A stretch of DNA of 64,000 nt from a virus (Duplodnaviria; Caudoviricetes), in IMG/VR virus record IMGVR_UViG_3300026274_000001. The stretch is one strand, 5' to 3'. The first letter of the stretch is position 1. The number at the start of each line of letters is the position of its first letter. The notes under the pieces are model-generated. The model was not told where the DNA came from, searched no databases, and saw only the letters and a program-made list of their open reading frames with translations. Both the position numbers and the translations under genes were made by a program. Of this stretch, positions 1-9,167 are shown one piece after another.

Positions 1-180
1 AATGTTGGTGATATGACTAGTGTAAAGGAAACTTACTATCTGACCCTTTGCCATACTATTCACTATCGTGGTGATGGTTGGCAAATTGAACCACCTGACA
101 GCACACGATTGGAGAAAGGCTATCGAGTTACCATAATCAATGATACGCTTGCTCTACAATTTAAATTAACATGGCTATAG
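1..180 (+). CDS. FKLxW-family protein (5' partial)
   Basis: Frame 1 open from base 1: NVGD...GDGW...DTLALQFKLTWL*. Confidence 0.8.
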   Translation, partial: NVGDMTSVKETYYLTLCHTIHYRGDGWQIEPPDSTRLEKGYRVTIINDTLALQFKLTWL

Positions 181-524
181 ACATAACGTACAAAATCCTT
201 GGTGAAGTGTTTCGAGGATCGAAATTGAGTGATGACGACACTAGCATAATTAAATGGCTAGTCAAGAACGTTGGACCTACTACAGAGCAGCCAGATATGG
301 AAGTAGTTCCTACTGGTACTGAACATCGTATCTATAATTGTGGCGTGGGTTGGGTGATTGACTATCAGAATATTAGGATTGATAATCCTTCCAAACGAGA
401 AGAACATAATGTTGGACTATGTGCACCCTTGGGGCCGTGGCAACCAACTATTACTATTTCACAATACCGCTTGCATATAGCGGATGAAACATTAGCAGTA
501 CAATTTAAACTTCGGTGGATGTAA
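171..524 (+). CDS. FKLxW-family protein
   Basis: WLVKNVGP, GVGW, DETLAVQFKLRW; ATG overlaps previous Trp codon. Confidence 0.85.
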   Translation: MAIDITYKILGEVFRGSKLSDDDTSIIKWLVKNVGPTTEQPDMEVVPTGTEHRIYNCGVGWVIDYQNIRIDNPSKREEHNVGLCAPLGPWQPTITISQYRLHIADETLAVQFKLRWM

Positions 525-778
525 TGAGTGACACAAAGACGGTAGTTGAGATCACGAAATATATTGTTCAAACTGATAATCAACTAAGTGCAATTCGAGA
601 TTGGCTATTAGAAAACGTTGGGCCTTCTGAGACGGCAGGTTCGCCAGTATGTCGTGAGGGTGAAGGATGGCGTATTGAATACAAGAGTGAGATGGTTGGG
701 GTCGCCTATACCTATCACATCTTGGTTGAATTTGCAAGAGCAGACGAAGCGGTGATGTTCAAGTTAATGTGGCCATGA
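524..778 (+). CDS. FKLxW-family protein
   Basis: WLLENVGP, GEGW, DEAVMFKLMW; TAATG overlap (GTG 515 alternative). Confidence 0.85.
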   Translation: MSDTKTVVEITKYIVQTDNQLSAIRDWLLENVGPSETAGSPVCREGEGWRIEYKSEMVGVAYTYHILVEFARADEAVMFKLMWP

Positions 779-1041
779 AAAAACAAACGCGATTCAACCT
801 TACCAAAAAGATTGCAATACACGATCCGATAGTAGAAGAAATTTATCAATGGTTGAATCAGCAAGTTGGCTTAGAAACAGCGAAACCCAGATTGTCAAGT
901 GGTTATGACTATGTGGGTTTAGGATGGAAGATATACATATCTCCACTAGCTCACGGTAGCTTTAAACCCCAATACTACCTAGTGTTTGATGATTCCAATC
1001 AAGCGCTAATGTTCAAATTACGATGGTCAGCGTTAATCTAA
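775..1041 (+). CDS. FKLxW-family protein
   Basis: WLNQQVG, GLGW, NQALMFKLRW; ATGA overlap. Confidence 0.85.
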   Translation: MKKQTRFNLTKKIAIHDPIVEEIYQWLNQQVGLETAKPRLSSGYDYVGLGWKIYISPLAHGSFKPQYYLVFDDSNQALMFKLRWSALI

Positions 1042-1274
1042 ATATTCTCTCGCGAGATGTCCCCCTACATAAACGAATAGAACATCGAAACGAGATGCGT
1101 GCTTGGCTGGCCATGAATGTGGGGCCGCGCGGGGTTACACCTTATGGACAGGATCTACACAATTCTGGTGCCGGTTGGCATATACGATGCGATCATGAAG
1201 TAACACCAATCACTTGGTATGCTGATATTGACGACGAGCAATTGGCATTAATGTTCAAACTATGTTTTTCTTGA
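1023..1274 (+). CDS. FKLxW-family protein
   Basis: WLAMNVGP, GAGW, EQLALMFKLCF. Confidence 0.85.
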   Translation: MVSVNLNILSRDVPLHKRIEHRNEMRAWLAMNVGPRGVTPYGQDLHNSGAGWHIRCDHEVTPITWYADIDDEQLALMFKLCFS

Positions 1275-1510
1275 TTATGATAGATCTCACACGTCACCTT
1301 AGCTGTGTCAACTTTTCCGAACGATTGTACAACGTCGTGAGCTGGCTCATTACCAATATTGGACCTATGAAGTTTGATAAGCTTGGGCACACGCAAGGTC
1401 ACGGATGGCTACTAATTAGTAAGACTGACACCGAGTATTCATATTACGAGTACAAGTTATATTTTGATGAACCAAATGATGAACTTATGTTTAAGCTAGC
1501 CTGCTTATGA
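1262..1510 (+). CDS. FKLxW-family protein
   Basis: WLITNIGP, GHGW, DELMFKLAC; start 1262 or 1277. Confidence 0.85.
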   Translation: MFFLIMIDLTRHLSCVNFSERLYNVVSWLITNIGPMKFDKLGHTQGHGWLLISKTDTEYSYYEYKLYFDEPNDELMFKLACL

Positions 1511-1767
1511 CATCATCCGTTTATCGACTTACTGATATCAATCAAATTATCAACCCTAGTCCAATGCTTTCATGGCTTGATGCCAATGTTGGCCCCCTTA
1601 CCTTCCAATACAAAACACTGCTGGATAACGATATTGCGGCTGAGGGTATCAATTGGCGCGTAGTGAAATTGTATCAACGTATTGGCGATGGTTCATATCA
1701 ATATTCAATATTCATTGAATTTCAAAACTCCACCGATCTTATTCACTTCAAACTTGTATGGGGATAA
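1507..1767 (+). CDS. FKLxW-family protein
   Basis: WLDANVGP, GINW, DLIHFKLVW. Confidence 0.85.
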   Translation: MTSSVYRLTDINQIINPSPMLSWLDANVGPLTFQYKTLLDNDIAAEGINWRVVKLYQRIGDGSYQYSIFIEFQNSTDLIHFKLVWG

Positions 1768-2045
1768 TCGATGTCACCAATATGTTTTATGATGGACTGT
1801 ACAGCCCCAAATACGATACGATGCTTGCATGGTTGGAAGAGTGTTGTGGTCCTAGAATATTCGGAAAACGAGAGCCAAATGCAAGTGGCATAATTCCAGT
1901 GTGCCAAAGTAGCAATTGGCGGCTATTTGCTATATCATACCCCTTACGTAGAGCATACCCCGATATACAATTTCGATCATCTGGATGGGTCATTGAGTTT
2001 GATAACGATAGTGACCTTCTGATGTTTACGCTTAGATGGAAATGA
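1758..2045 (+). CDS. FKLxW-family protein
   Basis: WLEECCGP, DLLMFTLRW. Confidence 0.85.
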   Translation: MGIIDVTNMFYDGLYSPKYDTMLAWLEECCGPRIFGKREPNASGIIPVCQSSNWRLFAISYPLRRAYPDIQFRSSGWVIEFDNDSDLLMFTLRWK

Positions 2046-2052
2046 TAGACGC

Positions 2053-2394
2053 ATGTACGCAATTGATGTTAGTGATAGGACTGATGGGCGAGCCGATGCA
2101 TTTATTAAAATGCTTGATTGGTTGAACGAGGTAGTCGGCCCTCTTATATCGGAAGATCAGAGAACGGCAGAAATTAACGACAATGGTTCAAAACGTTTTT
2201 TCAAAATTGAAGGTACCGGTTGGTATTATGAGTACTGTTCAATACGTATTGGCGCCAATGATACTCGTGAATTTAAACTTCCAAAATTCTTCCATGACGC
2301 TGGTCAACGTGCAGGTGGTAGCACCCTATATACATCTAAAGTCATGTACATAGAAGACCCTATTCATGCTGTGGCATTCAAATTGACATGGTAA
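2053..2394 (+). CDS. FKLxW-family protein
   Basis: WLNEVVGP, GTGW, HAVAFKLTW. Confidence 0.85.
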   Translation: MYAIDVSDRTDGRADAFIKMLDWLNEVVGPLISEDQRTAEINDNGSKRFFKIEGTGWYYEYCSIRIGANDTREFKLPKFFHDAGQRAGGSTLYTSKVMYIEDPIHAVAFKLTW

Positions 2395-2732
2395 GAATAG
2401 ATCTACATGGCATACGCACCCAGACTAGTCTTGAATGCTGGTTCGAGTGGCTAGATCATAATATTGCGCCGCGAACGGTCACCAATCATGATCCTAACGA
2501 GTCATTACCTAGCGATGTTGTCGATCATCATTTTTACACCGGTGGTCCTGGGTGGCAATTTCATTATGTAATGACGACATTGGCACCAGCAGATTGTGAT
2601 AGAAATCTTTATGAATGTGTTTTTGCTGCAGAGGAACGCGGACCAGCAGAATTACATTATGTTGCCATGTATTTTGAATTCGAAAATGATGCAGAAGCCG
2701 TTATGTTTAAACTAATAATGAACGAGATCTGA
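2388..2732 (+). CDS. FKLxW-family protein
   Basis: WLDHNIAP, GPGW, EAVMFKLI. Confidence 0.85.
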   Translation: MVRIDLHGIRTQTSLECWFEWLDHNIAPRTVTNHDPNESLPSDVVDHHFYTGGPGWQFHYVMTTLAPADCDRNLYECVFAAEERGPAELHYVAMYFEFENDAEAVMFKLIMNEI

Positions 2733-2734
2733 CC

Positions 2735-3064
2735 ATGCATGTCTTTAATGCATTCTTGCTTGGTGACGTAACAACTTTGTTTGATTGGCTTGAAAGTAAC
2801 GTAGGTGACTTTGAATATGAAAGCCCCAAACACCCACCAGAGCCGCATTCATACTACTTTGAACGTCGTGGTGCTGGATGGCGATTTAAGTACATTACCA
2901 CCTTGAATCATATGGACATTTACCCAGACGATTTTGCACATAAGCAATGGCATGTTGTGGGTGCCGAATCGTTTGATGTTCGCCATTATGCAGTAGTAGA
3001 ACTTGATAGTGATGCCGATGCAGTTATGTTTAAACTTCGGTGGACCGGCCATGCATCTATTTAA
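2735..3064 (+). CDS. FKLxW-family protein
   Basis: WLESNVG, GAGW, DAVMFKLRW. Confidence 0.85.
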   Translation: MHVFNAFLLGDVTTLFDWLESNVGDFEYESPKHPPEPHSYYFERRGAGWRFKYITTLNHMDIYPDDFAHKQWHVVGAESFDVRHYAVVELDSDADAVMFKLRWTGHASI

Positions 3065-3317
3065 TGTAACTAAATGGGCTAGAGAGTACGATTGGTTTAC
3101 GTTCGAGAATTGGCTAAACGATAATATTGGTCCTAGAACTGCTCTCACGATGCAAAGCAAGCGCCGCTTCATGACTTATATTGGCGACGGTTGGCAGATG
3201 AAAGTCGTTTATGGTACACGACCACAACGAGAACGATGGAATATAGTACAGGCTATTGTTAAAATAGGCGAAGAGTATGATGCGGCTGCTGTGATGTTTA
3301 AACTTCAATGGATGTGA
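3051..3317 (+). CDS. FKLxW-family protein
   Basis: WLNDNIGP, GDGW, AAVMFKLQW; ATG 3051 preferred over track start 3003. Confidence 0.85.
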   Translation: MHLFNVTKWAREYDWFTFENWLNDNIGPRTALTMQSKRRFMTYIGDGWQMKVVYGTRPQRERWNIVQAIVKIGEEYDAAAVMFKLQWM

Positions 3318-3318
3318 A

Positions 3319-3576
3319 ATGGCGACGTTTGAAAACTTCATTGATGGATGGGACATTGCAAAGGCCGAGATGGTCAAGGCATGGTTGATTCAAAACATTG
3401 GTCCGCAGCTTGAAAAAGTTAAAGGATATGAATCAGTTGGTGCTGGTTGGAGTTTGACTGCATCTTCTCCTGGGTTCGTGCATAATAACCATACCCTTGA
3501 CTTCGTTGCTCCATTGTGGATACTATCTATCGAAGATGATGTATTAGCATTGCAATTCAAGCTAACCTGGCTGTAA
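3319..3576 (+). CDS. FKLxW-family protein
   Basis: WLIQNIGP, GAGW, LALQFKLTW. Confidence 0.85.
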   Translation: MATFENFIDGWDIAKAEMVKAWLIQNIGPQLEKVKGYESVGAGWSLTASSPGFVHNNHTLDFVAPLWILSIEDDVLALQFKLTWL

Positions 3577-3591
3577 TTAGTTAGAAACAAG

Positions 3592-3616
3592 AAAGCCACC
3601 CGAAGGTGGCTTTTTT
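3592..3616. terminator. Intrinsic (bidirectional) terminator
   Basis: AAAGCCACC-CGAA-GGTGGCTTTTTT between convergent ORFs. Confidence 0.8.
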
Positions 3617-3630
3617 ACAACTAGACGGGT

Positions 3631-3756
3631 TTATTGACCCTTGTATACAGCAGCTGGTGTGTTTGTGTCTACTGGAGTAGCTTTAACGTGCACCATTACG
3701 TATACCAGACCGACCACCAAAACAGCAGCAACGATCATAGCGATTTTCTTCATCAT
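3631..3756 (-). CDS. Small single-TM/signal-peptide protein, 41 aa (below ORF-track cutoff)
   Basis: MMKKIAMIVAAVLVVGLVYVMVHVKATPVDTNTPAAVYKGQ; TAAATA motif upstream on minus strand. Confidence 0.55.
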   Translation of the reverse strand: MMKKIAMIVAAVLVVGLVYVMVHVKATPVDTNTPAAVYKGQ

Positions 3757-3854
3757 GATGAAATTCTTTTAGAAGTTTGAGGGCCAAAATTAGCTCTCCT
3801 TCTATTTAAGGTGAAAATCGAGTAGGTAAAATCATTATTTTATATTGTAACCAA

Positions 3855-4130
3855 ATGGCAACAATTGACATATCTGAGTTGGCGACATCAGATATACATA
3901 AGTACTACGATTTGCTAGATTGGCTTGAAACTGAAGTAGGTCAGCATGTAAAGAAGGGTAACAACCATGCTATTTGTATTTTTGAATCAAAAGACTATTC
4001 GATTCAAAGATCATTTGGTATTGGCTGGCATCTTGATTACATCGTTAACGAGGATATGACCCATCGTGTCCTAACGGTGTATGACGAATTGAAAGCATTG
4101 ATGGTTAAATTGATTTTTTGCGGCGCATGA
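3855..4130 (+). CDS. FKLxW-family protein
   Basis: WLETEVG, GIGW, KALMVKLIF. Confidence 0.8.
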   Translation: MATIDISELATSDIHKYYDLLDWLETEVGQHVKKGNNHAICIFESKDYSIQRSFGIGWHLDYIVNEDMTHRVLTVYDELKALMVKLIFCGA

Positions 4131-4414
4131 CTACTACTTTACCTATAAAGATAACAAATTCGATAGCATTAATTCCGTTCACTATGCATTGTGATAGGAA
4201 TAATCCTAATCGAGTAAACAAGTTTGGAAGAGAATTGCTTGAGGGTGGTTGGACTATTGTGCCGGCCCTTCGACACAATTTTCTGGTGTTAACTGATTGG
4301 TGTGCCGCCAATTTTGATCATGCTGACTTTGGTTACAATCTAGTAGTGCGAGCGTTCATCTTCAAGCATATAGCCGAGGCAGTCCAGTTCAAGCTTGCTT
4401 GCTTGGGGTCTTAG
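4127..4414 (+). CDS. FKLxW-family protein
   Basis: WCAANF...FIFKHIAEAVQFKLAC. Confidence 0.8.
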   Translation: MTTTLPIKITNSIALIPFTMHCDRNNPNRVNKFGRELLEGGWTIVPALRHNFLVLTDWCAANFDHADFGYNLVVRAFIFKHIAEAVQFKLACLGS

Positions 4415-4423
4415 TGCTATCAT

Positions 4424-4693
4424 ATGAGCATGGCACACCAAATAGATAATTTCATGAGTGACTGGCTAACTGATTTCATTACAAATCAGGGTGGAGTTCC
4501 AATTCATGCGGATATGGTTGAGGCTGGTTGGGTATCAGTTGAAGTTGCTGGTGGTATTCGATGTATTGAAGCAGAGGTACTTGCGGTTAGATTGTTTGGA
4601 ACTACTGGATTCATAATGTGTCGTATGACTCGACATTTTTGGTTTGATACTGATGCCGACGCATTGATGTTCACCTTAGCTTTTGGAAAGTAA
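4424..4693 (+). CDS. FKLxW-family protein
   Basis: FWFDTDADALMFTLAF. Confidence 0.8.
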   Translation: MSMAHQIDNFMSDWLTDFITNQGGVPIHADMVEAGWVSVEVAGGIRCIEAEVLAVRLFGTTGFIMCRMTRHFWFDTDADALMFTLAFGK

Positions 4694-4694
4694 C

Positions 4695-4934
4695 ATGACG
4701 GTTTCGATTACCGATTACTATTTGAGCAACGTAGGTGATCCGACTAAGGTGAGCACTGCTGGACTTAACGCGGCGGGCTATTCTTACTGTAAGCTTCCAC
4801 GTGATTTTGACTTTAGGCGCGCCTATGTGACTGCGCTGAATCTAGTTGGTAGTAAGAACTTTCTTACCATGGATGCAAATATGTTCTGGTTTGACACCGC
4901 AGCCCTTGCGGTTCAATTCAGGTTGATGCTGTGA
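4695..4934 (+). CDS. FKLxW-family protein
   Basis: FWFDTAALAVQFRLM; close paralog of 4424..4693. Confidence 0.8.
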   Translation: MTVSITDYYLSNVGDPTKVSTAGLNAAGYSYCKLPRDFDFRRAYVTALNLVGSKNFLTMDANMFWFDTAALAVQFRLML

Positions 4935-4953
4935 TGCACAGAAAAGACCAATT

Positions 4954-5256
4954 ATGTTTGTAGAACCAGCTATGCTGTGGGGACTCAGGAATATCGTCTT
5001 GAATGATTCAATTACTGAACAACGAGAACATTGGATCCAAGAGGCTGAGCGACATGGATATTTTCTGTGGGTGAATGAGTTTCCCGGCACTAGACTCGAT
5101 TATCAACGTCTTCAGTTGACGTATGATGTCCTGATTCAGATGTTTGACTCCGATCAATACCTAGTCGAAGTTAGAGATGACATGCAGTACGTATTATTTG
5201 ATTCAGCATCAAATGCGATCTTATTTCGCTTCGAGATGGCGGAGCAAACGGCGTAA
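4954..5256 (+). CDS. FKLxW-family protein (divergent)
   Basis: LFDSASNAILFRFEM. Confidence 0.7.
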   Translation: MFVEPAMLWGLRNIVLNDSITEQREHWIQEAERHGYFLWVNEFPGTRLDYQRLQLTYDVLIQMFDSDQYLVEVRDDMQYVLFDSASNAILFRFEMAEQTA

Positions 5257-5316
5257 CGGCAGTGTACAAAAGTGATCTCACGCGTGCTAAACTAGGCTGT
5301 ACGATATGAGGAACAT

Positions 5317-5514
5317 ATGAGCAAAGAACAGAGTAAAGCTGCCATTGTAGAAAGTTATGCAGAGCGAGGCGTGTTCACTGTAGCAAGACAGTGGATTATG
5401 CAAAGGGAATGCACATATAACGGAATAACAATAAGGGATTTCCTTAACGACAAGCTAGATATACACAGTTCTGTCGTTGAAATTAATGGTGAATTTTTTG
5501 CAACAGACGATTAA
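5317..5514 (+). CDS. Hypothetical protein
   Basis: GAGG RBS, 65 aa; no family motif. Confidence 0.6.
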   Translation: MSKEQSKAAIVESYAERGVFTVARQWIMQRECTYNGITIRDFLNDKLDIHSSVVEINGEFFATDD

Positions 5515-5779
5515 ACAGCCAGAAAATCTGTATTCTTGGATGCAAGAAATGGTCGAACGCAAGCCAGCTTCATTATCAGTAGAAGCTCAAGCCGTTGGTT
5601 TGTCCATTGTGGAAATTCCGATAGAACAAGTTGTGGATAAGTGGACGGCAATATACAACTGGTGTTGTGAACACGGCGTCCCTCAACAAGATTTCCAAAT
5701 GTATTGGCATGAACGAATCTTAACCGGATTTTTCAAGTCCGTACAGTTGGCACTCATGTACAAGTTGCGATGGGGATGA
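5477..5779 (+). CDS. FKLxW-family protein
   Basis: NWCCEHG...FFKSVQLALMYKLRW. Confidence 0.8.
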   Translation: MKLMVNFLQQTIKQPENLYSWMQEMVERKPASLSVEAQAVGLSIVEIPIEQVVDKWTAIYNWCCEHGVPQQDFQMYWHERILTGFFKSVQLALMYKLRWG

Positions 5780-5780
5780 T

Positions 5781-6041
5781 ATGAACGTTCGAGAGTACTT
5801 TAGGACTGAAGTGTATAGTGTCAGTGAAAGTAATAAAGAACGAAAGCGATTGATGGAAAATGCGGGGTTTGTTCAATTACCGTGCCCGCAAAAGGTTAGA
5901 GTATCAAGCATCGCCAAATGGTGCGACGAAGTAATAGGACATGCGAATTTTGTTATTTGTCAGAACCTAATATTCTTCCAAGATGTCGATTGCGCCTTAA
6001 AATATAAAATCATGTTTGAACTCAATAGTAATTTGCAATAA
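5781..6041 (+). CDS. FKLxW-family protein
   Basis: KWCDEVIG...FFQDVDCALKYKIMF. Confidence 0.8.
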   Translation: MNVREYFRTEVYSVSESNKERKRLMENAGFVQLPCPQKVRVSSIAKWCDEVIGHANFVICQNLIFFQDVDCALKYKIMFELNSNLQ

Positions 6042-6292
6042 TGACGTTAACTGAATTTTGCGTTCGACAAGGTCCATCCAAAGCAGGAAAAATGGTGTTG
6101 CCTGATTTGCAAGTTCAATTTCCAATTGAAATTCAGATACCACCAGCATTGCATAGCGAAGCTGTATATGAGGCCGCAGCAGCTTGGGCAGATAATGCGT
6201 TCGGCAGTACATGCTTTGTTGAAGTAGCGTACCGGTTCTTCTTTACGACTGATAGTAACGCAATGCAGTTCAAACTTGCTTGGTGTTTATGA
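6041..6292 (+). CDS. FKLxW-family protein
   Basis: WADNAFG...FFFTTDSNAMQFKLAW. Confidence 0.85.
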   Translation: MTLTEFCVRQGPSKAGKMVLPDLQVQFPIEIQIPPALHSEAVYEAAAAWADNAFGSTCFVEVAYRFFFTTDSNAMQFKLAWCL

Positions 6293-6531
6293 TGTATATA
6301 AGTGACGTCATGAAGATCAGTGATGGCAGTAATCATTTCGAATTCACGCTGCAACATTACAAATGGATGATTGACCTCAATAATCGTCCTGATCTCAGTA
6401 TGGATCATTTCCGTGATGCAGATCAATGGTGTGTCACAAATCTCCCAGACGATGATTTTGTAATTGCCCCACGCAAATTCTTCTTCCGTTATCTAACGGA
6501 TGCCACACTCTTCCGGTTAATATTCAGTTAG
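6289..6531 (+). CDS. FKLxW-family protein
   Basis: QWCVTNL...FFFRYLTDATLFRLIF. Confidence 0.8.
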   Translation: MMYISDVMKISDGSNHFEFTLQHYKWMIDLNNRPDLSMDHFRDADQWCVTNLPDDDFVIAPRKFFFRYLTDATLFRLIFS

Positions 6532-6593
6532 GCAAATTGTTCTGAATACCAAGTTGTTGTAGACTTGCCATATGCAATGTGGCAAGGAGACCT

Positions 6594-6866
6594 ATGACGA
6601 CACGCTTTTACCTTGATGTAGACTACAATGAAGCATTAGAAATTGAACGATGGCTAAATGTGAATATTGGCCCTCAAGTAAAAGAAGTCATCCCCAAGAA
6701 AAATATCAAAATAATGAATTGGGAATCAAGGTTTCAATTTAGTGCAGACTGGGAAACTAGACAATTGATGGTAGAAATACTTGATGACCGCGATGCGGTC
6801 GTATTCAAGTTGACTTGGACCGAACAGATTCTACGAAACAAAACGGTAAAGTTAGATTGGAAATGA
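6594..6866 (+). CDS. FKLxW-family protein
   Basis: AAGGAG RBS; WLNVNIGP, DRDAVVFKLTW. Confidence 0.85.
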   Translation: MTTRFYLDVDYNEALEIERWLNVNIGPQVKEVIPKKNIKIMNWESRFQFSADWETRQLMVEILDDRDAVVFKLTWTEQILRNKTVKLDWK

Positions 6867-7144
6867 ATAGAACAACAATAAATGACATTTCGTTCACAAG
6901 TAAACAATACGATAAAATTCGTATGTGGCTTCGTGATCATATCAGTCCACAAGATCTAGATATTCACCTAGAAGAACGATGGGATAGTTTTGGTCCAGCT
7001 TTTGATAATTCGGTGGTATTTGGTGGCATTGGCTGGCGACTTTATATATCAATCGATACCAATCACAAGACAGGAACTGCTACCGTTGATATCGAGGACG
7101 ACACTATGGCAGTAATGTTTGCCCTGATGGCTAGGGATTTGTGA
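6863..7144 (+). CDS. FKLxW-family protein
   Basis: WLRDHISP, GIGW, DTMAVMFALM. Confidence 0.8.
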   Translation: MNRTTINDISFTSKQYDKIRMWLRDHISPQDLDIHLEERWDSFGPAFDNSVVFGGIGWRLYISIDTNHKTGTATVDIEDDTMAVMFALMARDL

Positions 7145-7413
7145 TGGCGCATTTCACAGTAGTAAAAGATATGCTGGCTATCGATATTGTTGACTATCGC
7201 CGTAAAGTCTTAGAATGGCTAGCTGCTCGTGCAGGTAGTTATCTGAAACATGAGAATCAAGAGTTATTCAGTGAAACTTATACTGCTGACACCTGGTCTG
7301 TAGAAGTGCTTTCATTCCTTGGTAAGTTTCATAATTGGCGTATGGAATATGAAATTGAAATCGCCGATGATATCGTGGCTGTTGAGTTTGCACTGATAAA
7401 AGATTCGCTGTAA
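7141..7413 (+). CDS. FKLxW-family protein
   Basis: WLAARAG...DDIVAVEFALI. Confidence 0.75.
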   Translation: MMAHFTVVKDMLAIDIVDYRRKVLEWLAARAGSYLKHENQELFSETYTADTWSVEVLSFLGKFHNWRMEYEIEIADDIVAVEFALIKDSL

Positions 7414-7490
7414 CAAATTGGTAAAACATCTTTAGTAGTTGCCAGTCTTTGTTTATAATTGCTTCTGGCATTTAGAACTGGCGCCCATCG

Positions 7491-7757
7491 ATGAGTATAA
7501 TAAAAACACGCTTTACCGCAATCGAGCAGCGGAACGAAGCTTTCACATGGTTACGTCAGAAAGAAATTCATTACGCCGTCCATTCTATAAATTCTCAGAG
7601 AACACATTTGGCTCCCCATGCGGATGCCTACTTCACTATAAGTGATAAACTGGTTGCTCTGGAGTTCATGCTTAGATTCGACGGCGTTTTGGTGCCGGAA
7701 GATGAATACAACCACATATTGGCCGTCTTTCACGCCGGCGGCCTTATTTCACGCTAA
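7491..7757 (+). CDS. FKLxW-family protein
   Basis: WLRQKEI...DKLVALEFMLRF. Confidence 0.75.
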   Translation: MSIIKTRFTAIEQRNEAFTWLRQKEIHYAVHSINSQRTHLAPHADAYFTISDKLVALEFMLRFDGVLVPEDEYNHILAVFHAGGLISR

Positions 7758-7770
7758 AACTGGAGCTTAT

Positions 7771-8055
7771 ATGATTTATGAACGACAAGCTTTTCTTAGG
7801 AACTTTTCAGATGTATCGAAGGATATCTTATTGATTCCCGAGTATGATCCAGCTTTTGGCACTCCATGTAAGTGTCAATTTTTTACAAATAGATCCCCAT
7901 TAGAATGGGATGAACCTGGATTCAAGAGTCAATTCTGGGCTTGGGTGGATGCCAATATGCGCGGTGAAGTTCGAGTATTTTCTAGTGGTGACGAAGCCGA
8001 ATGGATTGGGTTCACCAATTACAAAGACGCTTTCGAATTTGTTTTATCGTGGTAA
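7771..8055 (+). CDS. FKLxW-family protein
   Basis: GGAG RBS; WVDANMRG...GFTNYKDAFEFVLSW. Confidence 0.75.
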   Translation: MIYERQAFLRNFSDVSKDILLIPEYDPAFGTPCKCQFFTNRSPLEWDEPGFKSQFWAWVDANMRGEVRVFSSGDEAEWIGFTNYKDAFEFVLSW

Positions 8056-8321
8056 CAAACAAGTTTCGTATTACTCATTTGGTAAAAGATCGTACCTTAC
8101 CAACAACCTCTATCATAAACGGTTGTGTGTACGTTAACCTGATGTCGACTGATGCTCAAATACTAGCCATTCAAGAATGGGTAGACGACAACGTTGAATA
8201 CGATAATATTACGGTGACGACTGATACTATCTATTCCACGACTGGTGGATGGATACAAAATTACTATGTGGAGTTTGACAATGATGTCGATGCTCTTATG
8301 TTTAAACTGAAATGGCTCTAA
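8049..8321 (+). CDS. FKLxW-family protein
   Basis: EWVDDNV...EFDNDVDALMFKLKW; GTG overlapping previous Trp codon. Confidence 0.8.
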   Translation: MVTNKFRITHLVKDRTLPTTSIINGCVYVNLMSTDAQILAIQEWVDDNVEYDNITVTTDTIYSTTGGWIQNYYVEFDNDVDALMFKLKWL

Positions 8322-8602
8322 AATTAAAATACGAATTCGAGTCAAATTCGTGGCATCGATATCCACATTTAGTTTCGTGGAGAGAAGCAGACTCCAAACC
8401 CAAACTAACTGATCCGAATGAAAATCTAGTGGGTGAAATGGCGGCATTCTTGCGCCATTCAAATATCGACCATAGTCGATTGATGTTGAATGAATACAAT
8501 ATTCATACTTACAAAATGCCATATAAGATTATGTCAGGTTTTCGTTTCTTAAATGAAAACGAAGCTATGATATTTTGGTTGAAATACCAAGGTATTGAAT
8601 AA
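8312..8602 (+). CDS. FKLxW-family protein
   Basis: GFRFLNENEAMIFWLKY. Confidence 0.8.
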   Translation: MALKLKYEFESNSWHRYPHLVSWREADSKPKLTDPNENLVGEMAAFLRHSNIDHSRLMLNEYNIHTYKMPYKIMSGFRFLNENEAMIFWLKYQGIE

Positions 8603-8904
8603 TGCCATTAGTACTCAGACATCTTAAAGAATGGCACCCAGAAGATCCATTTCCTTATCGAGTATATTGGGAAAAAAAGGATGAACGATTCCCATATGGT
8701 AATAGACCGCATACCATGTTATTAAATGAAATGGAAAATTTCATTAGGGATCAAGAATGGAAATTGGAATCTTATTGGGAATCAAAATCGAATGACTATT
8801 ATAAAAGTTGGAATACAACATTCCATAGTGGCTTTAGATTTAAATGTCAGGAAGATTCTATGTTGTTTTGGCTCCGATTCAATGGAGATGCAAACGACAA
8901 ATGA
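8602..8904 (+). CDS. FKLxW-family protein
   Basis: GFRFKCQEDSMLFWLRF; close paralog of 8312..8602. Confidence 0.8.
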   Translation: MPLVLRHLKEWHPEDPFPYRVYWEKKDERFPYGNRPHTMLLNEMENFIRDQEWKLESYWESKSNDYYKSWNTTFHSGFRFKCQEDSMLFWLRFNGDANDK

Positions 8905-9167
8905 TTGTACATAATGAACCACATTGGCATCACTCTCACAAATGGTGGGTGACCTGGAACAATCATAGTTCACATGGAACGCAACTAATTGCGTGCGCTC
9001 AGCTTTCTCTTAGTGTCGATTTTAGAGAATGGCTTGAAGCAGCGAAAATTAACTTTGTTGTAGATAATAACAAGCAAGGCAGAGCTGGATATGGTTTTAA
9101 AACTAGAGAAGATGCCTTACTCTTTTATCTGCGTTGGCAAGATGATGCCTTGGGTGTATTCTATTGA
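8901..9167 (+). CDS. FKLxW-family protein
   Basis: GFKTREDALLFYLRW. Confidence 0.8.
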   Translation: MIVHNEPHWHHSHKWWVTWNNHSSHGTQLIACAQLSLSVDFREWLEAAKINFVVDNNKQGRAGYGFKTREDALLFYLRWQDDALGVFY

